Shown piece after piece: positions 47,821 through 57,840 of a DNA stretch of 64,000 nt. Position 1 is the stretch's first letter. Each line of letters begins with the position of its first letter. The translations under genes were made by a program, and so were the position numbers. Source of the stretch: Escherichia coli. Lineage in GTDB: Bacteria; Pseudomonadota; Gammaproteobacteria; Enterobacterales; Enterobacteriaceae. The notes below the pieces were generated by a model. The model saw nothing but the letters and a program-made list of their open reading frames with translations. It was not told the DNA's origin and did not search any database. Location of the stretch: NCBI RefSeq assembly GCF_003019035.1, contig NZ_CP027447.1, one strand, 5' to 3'.

Positions 47821-49971
47821 TTAGTGGTGCGAAGAGATCTTCACGCCGCCTTCCGGGATTGGAACGTACGGTGTTTCTTTGTCAGTACGTTTGTCGCTGT
47901 TACGCACCTTCAGCCAGGTTTTGAAACCGTAGAAGATGATGCTGTACACCACAATCAGGAACAGAATACTCAGACCTGCGTTGGTGTAGTTGTTCACAAC
48001 GATGTGGTTCATGTTGGCAATCTGCTGCGCCGTCAGGTCAGTACCGTTAGCAATCTTCTCTTTGTACTGGCTTGCCATGTAGAAGAAGCCTTCCATCTGC
48101 GGGTTGGTGCTGAACAGTTTCAGGCCCAGCGCCCAGGTGGTGCAGATAAGCAGCCATACAGCCGGAACAACAGTTACCCAGATGTATTGGGTGCGCTTCA
48201 TCTTAATCAGCACAACGGTGCCCAGTACCAGCGCTACGGCTGCCAGCATCTGGTTGGAGATACCGAACAGCGGCCACAGGCTCTTAACGCCGCCCAGCGG
48301 ATCGACCACGCCCTGATACAGCAGGTAGCCCCACAGACCCACACAGCCCGCAGTACCGATGATACCGGCAACCAGAGAGTCGGTTTTTTTCAGGAACGGG
48401 ATGAAGTTACCCAGCAGGTCCTGCAGCATAAAGCGGCCAGAACGGGTACCCGCATCCAGCGCGGTCAGGATGAACAGGGCTTCGAACAGAATACCGAAGT
48501 GATACCAGAAGCCCATGTCAGCCATCGGCAGCACTTTGTGGAACACATGAGCGATACCTACCGCCAGCGTCGGCGCACCACCTGCACGGTTCAGGACAGA
48601 AGGCTCACCAATGTCTTTCGCGGTTTGCAGGATCTGCTCTGGCGAAATCACGAAGCCCCAGGAGCTGACGGTCGCTGCCGCGTGTGCGGTAACGTCTTTC
48701 AGCTGCGCCATGATGATCGGCGCGTTCTCGCCACCCATTTCATGCAGGTTAGGCATGGTGATGCCGAGGCCAGCAGGCGGGGTGTTCATCGCGAAGTAAA
48801 GACCCGGTTCGATGATGGACGCAGCAACCAGCGCCATAATCGCCACGAAGGACTCCATCAGCATTGCGCCGTAGCCAATGAAACGCGCGTCGGTTTCGTT
48901 AGCCAGCAGTTTCGGTGTCGTGCCGGAAGAGATCAGCGCGTGGAAGCCAGATACCGCACCACAGGCGATGGTGATGAACAGGAACGGGAACAGAGCGCCT
49001 TTCCACAGCGGGCCAGTACCGTCAATGTACTGGGTCATCGCAGGCATTTTCAGTTCCGGGTTCAGCACCACGATACCCAGCGCCAGGCCGACGATAACGC
49101 CGATTTTCAGGAAGGTTGCCAGATAGTCGCGCGGTGCGAGGATCAGCCACACTGGCAGCAGTGCGGAAACAAACGCATAGCCAATCAGTGCGAAGGTAAT
49201 GGTGGTGTCTTTAAAGGTCAGTGCCGGACCCCAGTACGGATCGTGAGCAATCACGCCACCGAAGTAGATAGAGGCAACCAGCAGCACGATACCAATGACA
49301 GAGACTTCACCTACACGCCCCGGACGAATAAAGCGCATGTAGATACCCATAAACAGCGCAATCGGTACGGTTGAGCAAACGGTGAAGACACCCCACGGAC
49401 TTTCGGCCAGGGCTTTAACCACAATCAGCGCCAGGACGGCAAGGATGATGATCATGATTAAGAAACAGCCAAACAGCGCGATAGTCCCCGGTACTGGTCC
49501 CATCTCTTCTTTGATCATCTCACCGAGAGATGCGCCGTTACGGCGAGAGGAGATAAACAGCACCATAAAGTCCTGTACCGCACCGGCCAGCACTACCCCC
49601 GCCAGCAGCCACAGCGTGCCAGGCAGGTAGCCCATCTGCGCGGCGAGAACCGGACCAACCAGCGGACCAGCACCGGCGATAGCGGCGAAGTGGTGACCAA
49701 ACAACACGTAACGGTTGGTCGGAACATAGTTCAGACCGTCGTTGTTAATAACCGCAGGCGTCGCGCGCGTGGGGTCGAGTTTCATCACCTTCTGGGCGAT
49801 GTACAGACTGTAGTAGCGATAAGCCACCAGATACACCGACACAGAGGCGACCACGATCCACAGGGCACTGACGTGCTCCCCCCGACGTAATGCAACTACC
49901 GCGAGGCAGAATGCACCGATGATTCCGAGAATCACCCAGGGTATGTGCTTGAATATCTTTTTAGTATCCAT
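47821..49971 (-). CDS. btsT: CstA-family pyruvate/H+ symporter BtsT (YjiY)
   Basis: Matches K-12 BtsT from MDTKKIFKHIPWVILGIIGAF...; start set at that Met (716 aa); large polytopic membrane protein. Confidence 0.9.
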   Translation of the reverse strand: MDTKKIFKHIPWVILGIIGAFCLAVVALRRGEHVSALWIVVASVSVYLVAYRYYSLYIAQKVMKLDPTRATPAVINNDGLNYVPTNRYVLFGHHFAAIAGAGPLVGPVLAAQMGYLPGTLWLLAGVVLAGAVQDFMVLFISSRRNGASLGEMIKEEMGPVPGTIALFGCFLIMIIILAVLALIVVKALAESPWGVFTVCSTVPIALFMGIYMRFIRPGRVGEVSVIGIVLLVASIYFGGVIAHDPYWGPALTFKDTTITFALIGYAFVSALLPVWLILAPRDYLATFLKIGVIVGLALGIVVLNPELKMPAMTQYIDGTGPLWKGALFPFLFITIACGAVSGFHALISSGTTPKLLANETDARFIGYGAMLMESFVAIMALVAASIIEPGLYFAMNTPPAGLGITMPNLHEMGGENAPIIMAQLKDVTAHAAATVSSWGFVISPEQILQTAKDIGEPSVLNRAGGAPTLAVGIAHVFHKVLPMADMGFWYHFGILFEALFILTALDAGTRSGRFMLQDLLGNFIPFLKKTDSLVAGIIGTAGCVGLWGYLLYQGVVDPLGGVKSLWPLFGISNQMLAAVALVLGTVVLIKMKRTQYIWVTVVPAVWLLICTTWALGLKLFSTNPQMEGFFYMASQYKEKIANGTDLTAQQIANMNHIVVNNYTNAGLSILFLIVVYSIIFYGFKTWLKVRNSDKRTDKETPYVPIPEGGVKISSHH

Positions 49972-50238
49972 AGTAAAACCTGGCATGTATTGATTAATAG
50001 TTGGCCGAAGCCGTTCTAGGTTTGCGTTGCGTTTGAGGAGGTAAATTGACCGCTATCCTGCAGTGATGTTGCCAGAGTTACGCGCGCGTAAAGTAAGGTA
50101 AATAACTGAGTGGTTATTTTAGGGATGTAAGCGGTCAGGAATGGCGGTGAGCGGTTGGGCAAGAATTATTCGTCGGGTGGATATGTGATTGAGATCACAA
50201 TAAAAATGCCCCTTCGATAATTAACCGAAGGGGCGTTC

Positions 50239-51459
50239 TTAGAAGAGAGTGTCTAATTCTGCCAGTACGTTGTAGTCGTCATCAGTCAATAACAACGTTT
50301 TCCATTTGTCGAAGGTCAGGCACGGATGCGATGTGCCAAACACCAGAATATCCCCCACTTGCACGTCGCTATTAGCTGACAGTTGCAACATGCAGTGCTG
50401 ATCCATAATACCTGTACTGCGAATCGCCTGTGGATCAAATGCCAGTGATTTGCCGTTGCGGTAGTGGGCGACTGGTTGCGGCAGTCCGGCGTCGAAGGCG
50501 CAATCACGCTTACCAAAATTTACCACCGCACGATCAGCTTCCGGCACCGATTGCACCATGGCGACCAGTTCCAGCGCAGATGTGAGATCGCCTGCCAGAT
50601 CGCAGGCCACAGGATCACGGGCAAGCAACTGTTGTTGTGCCGCGTCGTAGATCCCGGTGTCGTGAGTGATGTAGCAGCCAGGGCGAATAACAATGCGGCA
50701 GTTATCAGGCTTTTCTGCCGCCAGCCAGATATTGCACACCACGTCATACCAGACCGTGCCTGCTCCGGTGAGAATAAACTCGCCATCAACCAGACTTGCT
50801 ATATCACAGGCCAGTTGTGCGGCATCCCGCAGCAGAGCTTCTACCTGCGGTTGTGGATCGTCACCGTGTAAAACGCCTTCATATAACTCAAGCCCCCGCA
50901 GGCGTAACCCCGGTAATTGGGCTGCCTGTTTAGCCAGTGTCAGTGCGGCATCCCTTGAGCGGCAACCACAGCGCCCGCCGGGGACACCCAACTCAATCAT
51001 CACGTTCAGTGTCTGTTGCTGACTGGCAAAAAAGGCAGACAAAGCGCGGGCGTTCTCAATGCTGTCGATACAGCAGATAAAATCGACCGTCGGGTAATGT
51101 CGTTGCAACTGGGCAATCAACTGCATATTCGCCTTGCCGACCAGCTGGTTAACCATCAGCACTCGCTGAATACCGCTCGCCATTGCCGCACCAGCCTGCC
51201 ATGCGCTACCGACACCTATTGCCCAGGCACCAGCCGCCTGCTGCGCCTGAAAAATCCACGGCGTCATGGTGGTTTTACCGTGCGGTGCCAGTGAAACGCC
51301 GCGCGCGTCAGCGTAGCGTTGCATCCACGTAATGTTGTTCTCCAGGGCCTGCTTTTTAATGATCGCGGCAGGTAAACAGACATCTTCGGCAAGGAGATTT
51401 GCGGGCATTTGCATCAGGGCAGATTTATGGGGAACCAGAGGTTCTGAGTGGTATTTCAT
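50239..51459 (-). CDS. PLP-dependent D-serine-dehydratase-like / D-threonine-aldolase-family enzyme (alanine-racemase N-terminal fold)
   Basis: 406 aa; PLP-lysine context LAPHGKTT near the N-terminus and a C-terminal beta-domain, typical of the DSD1-like family; divergent from the D-aminoacylase gene. Confidence 0.65.
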   Translation of the reverse strand: MKYHSEPLVPHKSALMQMPANLLAEDVCLPAAIIKKQALENNITWMQRYADARGVSLAPHGKTTMTPWIFQAQQAAGAWAIGVGSAWQAGAAMASGIQRVLMVNQLVGKANMQLIAQLQRHYPTVDFICCIDSIENARALSAFFASQQQTLNVMIELGVPGGRCGCRSRDAALTLAKQAAQLPGLRLRGLELYEGVLHGDDPQPQVEALLRDAAQLACDIASLVDGEFILTGAGTVWYDVVCNIWLAAEKPDNCRIVIRPGCYITHDTGIYDAAQQQLLARDPVACDLAGDLTSALELVAMVQSVPEADRAVVNFGKRDCAFDAGLPQPVAHYRNGKSLAFDPQAIRSTGIMDQHCMLQLSANSDVQVGDILVFGTSHPCLTFDKWKTLLLTDDDYNVLAELDTLF

Positions 51460-51659
51460 AACATTTACCTTTTAAGTTTTTCACCGTATCGGATGTGAGT
51501 ATCATTTGTAACTAAATGAAATATAAATATTTAGTTTATTTATCTTATTATTTATGAATAAAAGTATCATAAAATCATCTGGGTTTTGCGTAGTTTTCCA
51601 CTGTTTTTCGTCCTTGTAAATGGTTAACTTGTCACCATTGCAGAAATGGAGTGACGAAC

Positions 51660-53102
51660 ATGCAGGTTGACTGGTTAATCAAAAATGTGACCGTTATCGA
51701 CGGTAGCGGCGGCCCTGAATTTCGCGGTGACGTGGCAATAACAGGTGATCGGATTGTCGATATTGCCCCTGCGCTTAACGTTACGGCGCAGCAGGTCATT
51801 GACGGGGAAGGGCGGGTGCTGGCACCAGGGTTTATCGACGTTCATACCCATGACGATATCAACGTTATTCGCATCCCGGAATATCTGCCAAAGATCAGCC
51901 AGGGGATCACTACGGTGATTGTCGGTAACTGCGGGATTAGTGCGGCGTCGGCGAAAATGAAAGGTGAAGTTCCTGACCCGATGAATCTGTTGGGGGAAGC
52001 AGAGCACTTTATTTATCCTACCGTTGAAAGCTATGCCCAGGCAGTGGAAGCAGCCAGGCCGTCACTGAACGTTGGCACGCTGATTGGTCATACGGCGCTG
52101 CGTAATAACCATATGGACGACCTGTTTCGCCCGGCGACGGTGGATGAAATTGCCGCTATGCGTGCCGACTTACGTCTGGCGTTGAGTCAGGGGGCGCTGG
52201 GGTTAAGTTCCGGGCTGGCCTATGCAACGGCATTTCAGGCGACTACCGAAGAAGTCATGGCGCTGGCGGAAGAATTAGCCGGTGAGAAGGGCGTTTATAC
52301 CACCCATCTGCGTTCTGAATTTGAACCGATTCTCGATGCCCTGGATGAGGCGTTTCGTATTGGGCGTCATGGCAAAGTGCCTGTCGTGGTTTCCCACCAT
52401 AAATGCGCCGGGGCGAAAAACTGGGGGCGGACAAAAGAAACGTTGGCCTTTTTTGACCAAATGCGTCAACACCAGGAAATTGGCTGCGATGTCTACCCTT
52501 ACTCGGCCAGTTCTTCAACGCTGGATCTCAAACAAGTCACCGACGAATTCGATATTGTGATCACCTGGTCACAAACACATCCGCAGCAGGCCGGGAAAAC
52601 ACTGGCACAAATCGCCATCGACTGGCAGATGAGTATGCTGGAGGCCGCGAAGTTGCTGATGCCTGCCGGGGCTATCTATTACAACATGGACGAGCGCGAC
52701 GTCCGCAGAGTGTTGAGTTATCCGGTCAGTATGATTGGCTCTGACGGACTGCCCAATGATCCCATGCCGCATCCGCGTTTATGGGGCGCTTTCCCTCGCG
52801 TGCTGGGTCACTATTGCCGTGATGAAGGCTTATTCCCACTGACCACGGCTATCCACAAAATGACCGGGCTTTCTGCCAGCCGTTTTCGTCTGCCTCAGCG
52901 TGGGCTGGTGAAAGTCGGCTATTTTGCGGACCTGGTGTTGTTCGATCCACAAACCATTCGTGATGTTGCCAGCTTTTCTGATCCCAAACGCCCGGCAGAT
53001 GGCATTGAGGCGGTGATGGTGAACGGCGTTATGAGCTATGGTCGCGATAAACACATTACAGGCCGTGCGGGACGCTTCCTGCGCCGCCAGACCTCACATT
53101 AA
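51660..53102 (+). CDS. N-acyl-D-amino-acid deacylase (D-aminoacylase, amidohydrolase superfamily)
   Basis: Colinear with characterised D-aminoacylases: PGFIDVHTHDD, ISQGITTVIVGNCGIS, VVSHHKCAGAKNWGRTKETL, MIGSDGLPNDPMPHPRLWGAFPRVLGHY, GYFADLVLFDP. Start set at the ATG at 51660 (GGAG upstream); the track ORF begins at a GTG three codons earlier. Confidence 0.78.
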   Translation: MQVDWLIKNVTVIDGSGGPEFRGDVAITGDRIVDIAPALNVTAQQVIDGEGRVLAPGFIDVHTHDDINVIRIPEYLPKISQGITTVIVGNCGISAASAKMKGEVPDPMNLLGEAEHFIYPTVESYAQAVEAARPSLNVGTLIGHTALRNNHMDDLFRPATVDEIAAMRADLRLALSQGALGLSSGLAYATAFQATTEEVMALAEELAGEKGVYTTHLRSEFEPILDALDEAFRIGRHGKVPVVVSHHKCAGAKNWGRTKETLAFFDQMRQHQEIGCDVYPYSASSSTLDLKQVTDEFDIVITWSQTHPQQAGKTLAQIAIDWQMSMLEAAKLLMPAGAIYYNMDERDVRRVLSYPVSMIGSDGLPNDPMPHPRLWGAFPRVLGHYCRDEGLFPLTTAIHKMTGLSASRFRLPQRGLVKVGYFADLVLFDPQTIRDVASFSDPKRPADGIEAVMVNGVMSYGRDKHITGRAGRFLRRQTSH

Positions 53103-53111
53103 GGAGTGAAT

Positions 53112-53501
53112 ATGAGTATTAAACGTTACGGTACGGAAGGTGGAACAGGCACTGGCGGGCAGCATTTGCCGTTTGCCAGGGCGGTTGAGGCGGGCGGCTG
53201 GCTGTACGTCTCCGGGCAAACCCCCATGAAAAACGGTGAAGTGGTAGAAGGCGGTATCGTTGAACAGTCACGACTGGCGATCCAAAACTGTGTCGACATC
53301 ATGACTGAAGCCGGTTATAGCCTGGCGGATGTGGTTCACGTGAAAGTGATCCTGACCGACGCCCGCTATTTCCAGTCATTTAATAAAGTATTCAGAGAAT
53401 TTTTTGGCGAGAATCCGCCTGCACGTATTTGTTGTGTAGCTGATCTGGTTGTCGATTGTAAAGTTGAAGTCGATGTGACCTGTTATAACGCGACCCGCTA
53501 A
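53112..53501 (+). CDS. RidA/YjgF-family reactive-intermediate deaminase
   Basis: About 129 aa with typical RidA features (AGGWLYVSGQ, C-terminal VEVD); start at the ATG preceded by AAGGAG; begins 10 nt after the deacylase stop. Confidence 0.72.
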   Translation: MSIKRYGTEGGTGTGGQHLPFARAVEAGGWLYVSGQTPMKNGEVVEGGIVEQSRLAIQNCVDIMTEAGYSLADVVHVKVILTDARYFQSFNKVFREFFGENPPARICCVADLVVDCKVEVDVTCYNATR

Positions 53502-53603
53502 TAAATTTAAGAATTAAAAAAATAGACCGCAATTGAGTGCTGAATACATTCAGCACTCCGGGAACTCTTACTTTATTCTCTCTCTACTGGCAGGATGTGA
53601 ATT

Positions 53604-55073
53604 ATGAACAGTCATATCTTTTTAGTCGGCTTTATTATTTATGCCATCGCCATGATTTGGCTTGGTTGGTTTGTGTCTCGTAATCAGAAAAGCGGAGAAG
53701 ATTTTCTGCTGGGCGGGCGTTCGTTGCCGCTGTTTCTGACGCTGGGCTCAACCGTTGCCACGATGGTTGGCACGGGTTCCAGTATGGGCGCCGTGGGCTT
53801 TGGCTACAGCAATGGCTGGGCCGGAATGCTTTATGGCGTCGGTGGGGCCGTAGGTATATTACTGGTGGCGTGGCTGTTTGCACCGGTACGTAAATTACGT
53901 TTTATGACCATGAGTGAAGAAATATCTTATTATACTGGCGGGAGTCATTTAATTAAAAATATTGTCGGCCTGATGATATTTATTGCCTCTATTGGCTGGC
54001 TGGGGGCGCATATATTAGGTGGCAGTATGTATCTTGCCTGGGCAACAGGTATTGATCTTACTGTAGCAAAATTAATTATCGCCTTAGCTTTTGCGATTTA
54101 CGTTATTATCGGCGGTTATTCGGCGGTAGTGTGGACAGACACCATTCAGGCCTTAATTCTGTTCTTTGGCTTTATATTGATGGCTATTCTCGCCGTTGTT
54201 CACGTTGGCGGCTGGAGTGCGATTGAACAGGCGATGGACCCAAAAGCGATGAGCCTGTTTGCGATTGATAAAATGGGCGTTCTACCTGCGCTTTCGCTGG
54301 CGCTGGTTATTGGTGTCGGCGTACTGGCCACACCGTCTTATCGCCAGCGTATTTACTCGGGTAAAGATGTTCCCTCTGTACGCCGTTCGTTTGTTATTAC
54401 TGGGGTGTTATATCTGTTCTTCTCGATTTTGCCTGCCATTATCGGCATGGCGGCGTTCACCATGAACCCAAATCTGGAAAACAGCAACTACGCCTTCTTG
54501 TTCGCGACCAGTTTCTTACCTGCCATTCTTGGGCTGGTGGTGCTGATTGCCGGGCTTTCAGCCACCATGTCTTCTGCCAGCTCCGATGCCATCGCGGCGG
54601 TGGCGATTATGATGCGCGACGTCTACACCATGATTACCGGCAGAATGCCGCCGGAGGACAAGGCCATTACTTACTCACGCTGGATGTTGACCTTTGTTAT
54701 TGGCCTGGCGCTGGTCTTTGCTCTGACCTCTAATGACATCATCAGCTACATTACCAAAATGATTTCGATGCTGATGTCCGGGCTGTTTATCTGCTCGATT
54801 CTCGGTCGCTTCTGGCTACGCTTTAACTGGCAGGGCGCGCTGGCGGCGTTAGTGAGCGGTATGGTGATGTCAATTGTGGTGCTGATGAATGCCGACTGGC
54901 TGGCTTACTGGGGTAACCCGTGTATTCCGTCAGTGCTGGGCAGCCTGGTCGCTGGCGTACTGGTGACGTTGGTAACGCCAGCAAGTCAGGTCAGCCGGGA
55001 AGAAGCTTTGGCTATTATCACCAATGAGCGTGAAAACCAGAGTGTCGTGATCACCAAACCTGAAGAAGCATAA
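53604..55073 (+). CDS. Sodium:solute symporter (SSS) family transporter
   Basis: 489-aa polytopic membrane protein with an SSS-like N-terminal region (GGRSLPLFLTLGSTVATMVGTGSSMG); co-oriented with the deacylase and RidA genes. Confidence 0.72.
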   Translation: MNSHIFLVGFIIYAIAMIWLGWFVSRNQKSGEDFLLGGRSLPLFLTLGSTVATMVGTGSSMGAVGFGYSNGWAGMLYGVGGAVGILLVAWLFAPVRKLRFMTMSEEISYYTGGSHLIKNIVGLMIFIASIGWLGAHILGGSMYLAWATGIDLTVAKLIIALAFAIYVIIGGYSAVVWTDTIQALILFFGFILMAILAVVHVGGWSAIEQAMDPKAMSLFAIDKMGVLPALSLALVIGVGVLATPSYRQRIYSGKDVPSVRRSFVITGVLYLFFSILPAIIGMAAFTMNPNLENSNYAFLFATSFLPAILGLVVLIAGLSATMSSASSDAIAAVAIMMRDVYTMITGRMPPEDKAITYSRWMLTFVIGLALVFALTSNDIISYITKMISMLMSGLFICSILGRFWLRFNWQGALAALVSGMVMSIVVLMNADWLAYWGNPCIPSVLGSLVAGVLVTLVTPASQVSREEALAIITNERENQSVVITKPEEA

Positions 55074-55082
55074 CCGACAATG

Positions 55083-55988
55083 CTAATCGCCAAGTGGCTG
55101 GCGGTTAGCGCCCCCACGGTGGCTGTCTAACACGAGTTTTATCCGCCGCAGGCGATCTTTCGCCTGCGCTTTATTTGCCATTGCCAGTTCTGTTGCCAGT
55201 ACATCGACCATGGCTAACATCGCGTAGCGGGAAGGGGTGGGCTTAAAGATGTAATCACTTTCCTGAACCAGTAACGGCAATACCAGATCCACCTGTTCCG
55301 CCAGCGGTGTTTGTGCTGGCGTAATGGCAATAACACGCGCGCCATACTGACGGGCGATTGCCGCACTTTCGATGATTTCCGGTGTATAACCGCCCAGCGA
55401 AAGCACAATCACCACATCCTGCGGCATGACTGCCGAGCACATCATTCTCATCATCAGGGCATCATTCTGACTGACCACCGGTAGCCCCAGACGGAATAAA
55501 CGGTACTGAATCTCCTGTGAACAGATAGTGGAACCGCCGCCAGTTCCTAACGCAAGAATTTGCCGCGCCTGACTTAACCAGCTTACAGCCTGGCTGATGG
55601 CATTCATATCCAGCGAACGACGATGCGTCTCCAGCACGCTAATAATCGCTTCGTAGATCCCCTGAACACCGTCAAGATCCGGTACATCGAGAATAAACCG
55701 CTGCCCGACAGCCAGTGACTGCGCCAGTTTGACTTTCAACTCGCGGACATCTTTGCACCCCAGTGCACGGGCAAAACGCGTCACCGACGCCTGACTGGTT
55801 TGCGTTAACCGTGCCAGCTCAGCAATTGGCAACTCTACTGCGGCAGAGACGTCATCAAGAATAAATTGTGCGATACGCTTTTCAGTGGCTGTTAACGCCA
55901 TAAACCGTTCGGTAATGCAGGAGATGATATCGATGCTATAAGCCATAGGAGTATCACTGGTTCGAAGAAGATTGATACTTTGTACCAT
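55083..55988 (-). CDS. RpiR/MurR-family transcriptional regulator (HTH + SIS domain)
   Basis: N-terminal RpiR HTH (TATEKRIAQFILDD...ELARLTQTSQASVTRFARALG) followed by a sugar-isomerase (SIS) domain. Start uncertain: it could be Met1 or Met15 of the track ORF. Confidence 0.72.
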   Translation of the reverse strand: MVQSINLLRTSDTPMAYSIDIISCITERFMALTATEKRIAQFILDDVSAAVELPIAELARLTQTSQASVTRFARALGCKDVRELKVKLAQSLAVGQRFILDVPDLDGVQGIYEAIISVLETHRRSLDMNAISQAVSWLSQARQILALGTGGGSTICSQEIQYRLFRLGLPVVSQNDALMMRMMCSAVMPQDVVIVLSLGGYTPEIIESAAIARQYGARVIAITPAQTPLAEQVDLVLPLLVQESDYIFKPTPSRYAMLAMVDVLATELAMANKAQAKDRLRRIKLVLDSHRGGANRQPLGD

Positions 55989-56127
55989 AAACTGCCGCTA
56001 TAGAGTGTGACCCTCACAAAAAACGCAAGTTTGCTGCAACAAAAGCAGTGCCGACGCTTTTCCACAGCATAAAGTTTTCCACCACCAGGCCGACAACCAG
56101 TGTATCTGTCTAGTGGAAAGAGAAACC

Positions 56128-57792
56128 ATGTTAAAACGTATCAAGATCGTGACCAGCTTACTGCTGGTTTTGGCCGTTTTTGGCCTTTTACAACTGACAT
56201 CAGGCGGTCTGTTCTTTAATGCCTTAAAGAATGACAAAGAAAATTTCACTGTTTTACAAACCATTCGCCAGCAGCAATCCACGCTGAATGGCAGCTGGGT
56301 CGCGTTGTTGCAGACGCGTAACACCCTCAACCGCGCGGGTATCCGCTACATGATGGATCAGAATAATATTGGTAGCGGTTCAACCGTTGCTGAGCTGATG
56401 CAGAGTGCCAGTATTTCGCTGAAACAGGCGGAAAAAAACTGGGCGGATTACGAAGTGTTGCCGCGTGACCCGCGTCAGAGCACCGCCGCAGCGGCAGAGA
56501 TCAAACGTAATTACGATATTTATCACAATGCGCTGGCGGAGCTGATCCAACTGTTAGGTGCAGGCAAAATCAACGAGTTCTTTGATCAGCCGACCCAGGG
56601 ATATCAGGACGGTTTCGAGAAGCAGTATGTGGCTTACATGGAGCAAAACGATCGGCTCTATGATATCGCCGTCAGCGATAATAATGCCTCCTACAGCCAG
56701 GCGATGTGGATTCTGGTGGGCGTGATGATCGTCGTACTGGCGGTCATCTTCGCCGTCTGGTTCGGTATTAAAGCCTCGTTGGTAGCGCCAATGAATCGCC
56801 TGATTGACAGCATTCGTCATATTGCAGGCGGCGATCTGGTGAAACCGATTGAGGTGGATGGCTCTAATGAGATGGGGCAACTGGCTGAGAGTTTGCGCCA
56901 TATGCAGGGAGAGCTGATGCGTACCGTCGGTGATGTGCGCAACGGGGCCAATGCCATCTATAGCGGTGCCAGCGAAATCGCTACCGGCAATAACGATCTC
57001 TCTTCGCGCACCGAGCAACAGGCCGCTTCGCTGGAAGAGACGGCAGCCAGCATGGAGCAACTGACCGCAACGGTGAAGCAGAACGCCGAAAATGCGCGCC
57101 AGGCCAGCCACCTGGCGTTAAGTGCTTCTGAAACGGCGCAACGCGGCGGCAAAGTGGTAGATAACGTGGTGCAGACTATGCGCGATATCTCCACCAGTTC
57201 GCAGAAAATCGCCGATATTATCAGCGTAATTGACGGCATTGCCTTCCAGACCAATATTCTCGCTTTGAACGCGGCGGTTGAAGCAGCGCGCGCGGGTGAG
57301 CAAGGGCGCGGTTTTGCGGTGGTCGCGGGTGAAGTGCGTAATCTGGCCCAGCGCAGCGCTCAGGCGGCTCGTGAAATTAAAAGCCTGATTGAAGACTCGG
57401 TGGGCAAAGTGGATGTTGGCTCTACGCTGGTCGAAAGCGCCGGGGAAACCATGGCAGAGATTGTCAGCGCTGTGACCCGCGTGACGGACATTATGGGCGA
57501 AATTGCTTCGGCTTCTGATGAGCAGAGCCGTGGTATCGATCAGGTTGGCTTAGCAGTAGCTGAGATGGACAGAGTAACCCAACAGAACGCTGCGCTGGTG
57601 GAAGAATCTGCCGCCGCTGCCGCCGCGCTGGAAGAGCAGGCCAGTCGCCTGACCGAAGCTGTGGCAGTGTTCCGGATTCAGCAACAGCAGCAACATCAGC
57701 GTGAAACATCGGCTGTGGTAAAAACCGTGACGCCAGCTGCGCCGCGTAAAATGGCCGTGGCAGATAGCGGGGAGAACTGGGAAACGTTTTAA
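56128..57792 (+). CDS. tsr: Methyl-accepting chemotaxis protein I (serine chemoreceptor)
   Basis: Matches E. coli Tsr from [27 protein letters not shown]... through the C-terminal NWETF pentapeptide; the track ORF has a 5-codon extension that is not used. Confidence 0.92.
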   Translation: MLKRIKIVTSLLLVLAVFGLLQLTSGGLFFNALKNDKENFTVLQTIRQQQSTLNGSWVALLQTRNTLNRAGIRYMMDQNNIGSGSTVAELMQSASISLKQAEKNWADYEVLPRDPRQSTAAAAEIKRNYDIYHNALAELIQLLGAGKINEFFDQPTQGYQDGFEKQYVAYMEQNDRLYDIAVSDNNASYSQAMWILVGVMIVVLAVIFAVWFGIKASLVAPMNRLIDSIRHIAGGDLVKPIEVDGSNEMGQLAESLRHMQGELMRTVGDVRNGANAIYSGASEIATGNNDLSSRTEQQAASLEETAASMEQLTATVKQNAENARQASHLALSASETAQRGGKVVDNVVQTMRDISTSSQKIADIISVIDGIAFQTNILALNAAVEAARAGEQGRGFAVVAGEVRNLAQRSAQAAREIKSLIEDSVGKVDVGSTLVESAGETMAEIVSAVTRVTDIMGEIASASDEQSRGIDQVGLAVAEMDRVTQQNAALVEESAAAAAALEEQASRLTEAVAVFRIQQQQQHQRETSAVVKTVTPAAPRKMAVADSGENWETF

Positions 57793-57805
57793 TCGCCATA
57801 AAAAT

Positions 57806-57831
57806 GCCCGATAAGCAAAATGTTATCGGGC
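57806..57831 (-). terminator. Rho-independent terminator in the tsr/lgoT convergent gap (mainly for lgoT)
   Basis: Perfect 9-bp stem GCCCGATAA/TTATCGGGC with an 8-nt loop; on the minus strand it is followed by ATTTTTAT. Confidence 0.55.
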
Positions 57832-57840
57832 ATAGGGAGA

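Noticed and set aside
47824-49374. 516-aa ORF on the + strand, antisense to btsT
   Set aside because: It lies entirely inside the well-supported btsT coding region on the opposite strand, and its translation is low-complexity (Arg/His/Gln/Gly-rich) with no recognisable domain; this is the usual artefact of stop-free antisense frames in GC-rich coding DNA.
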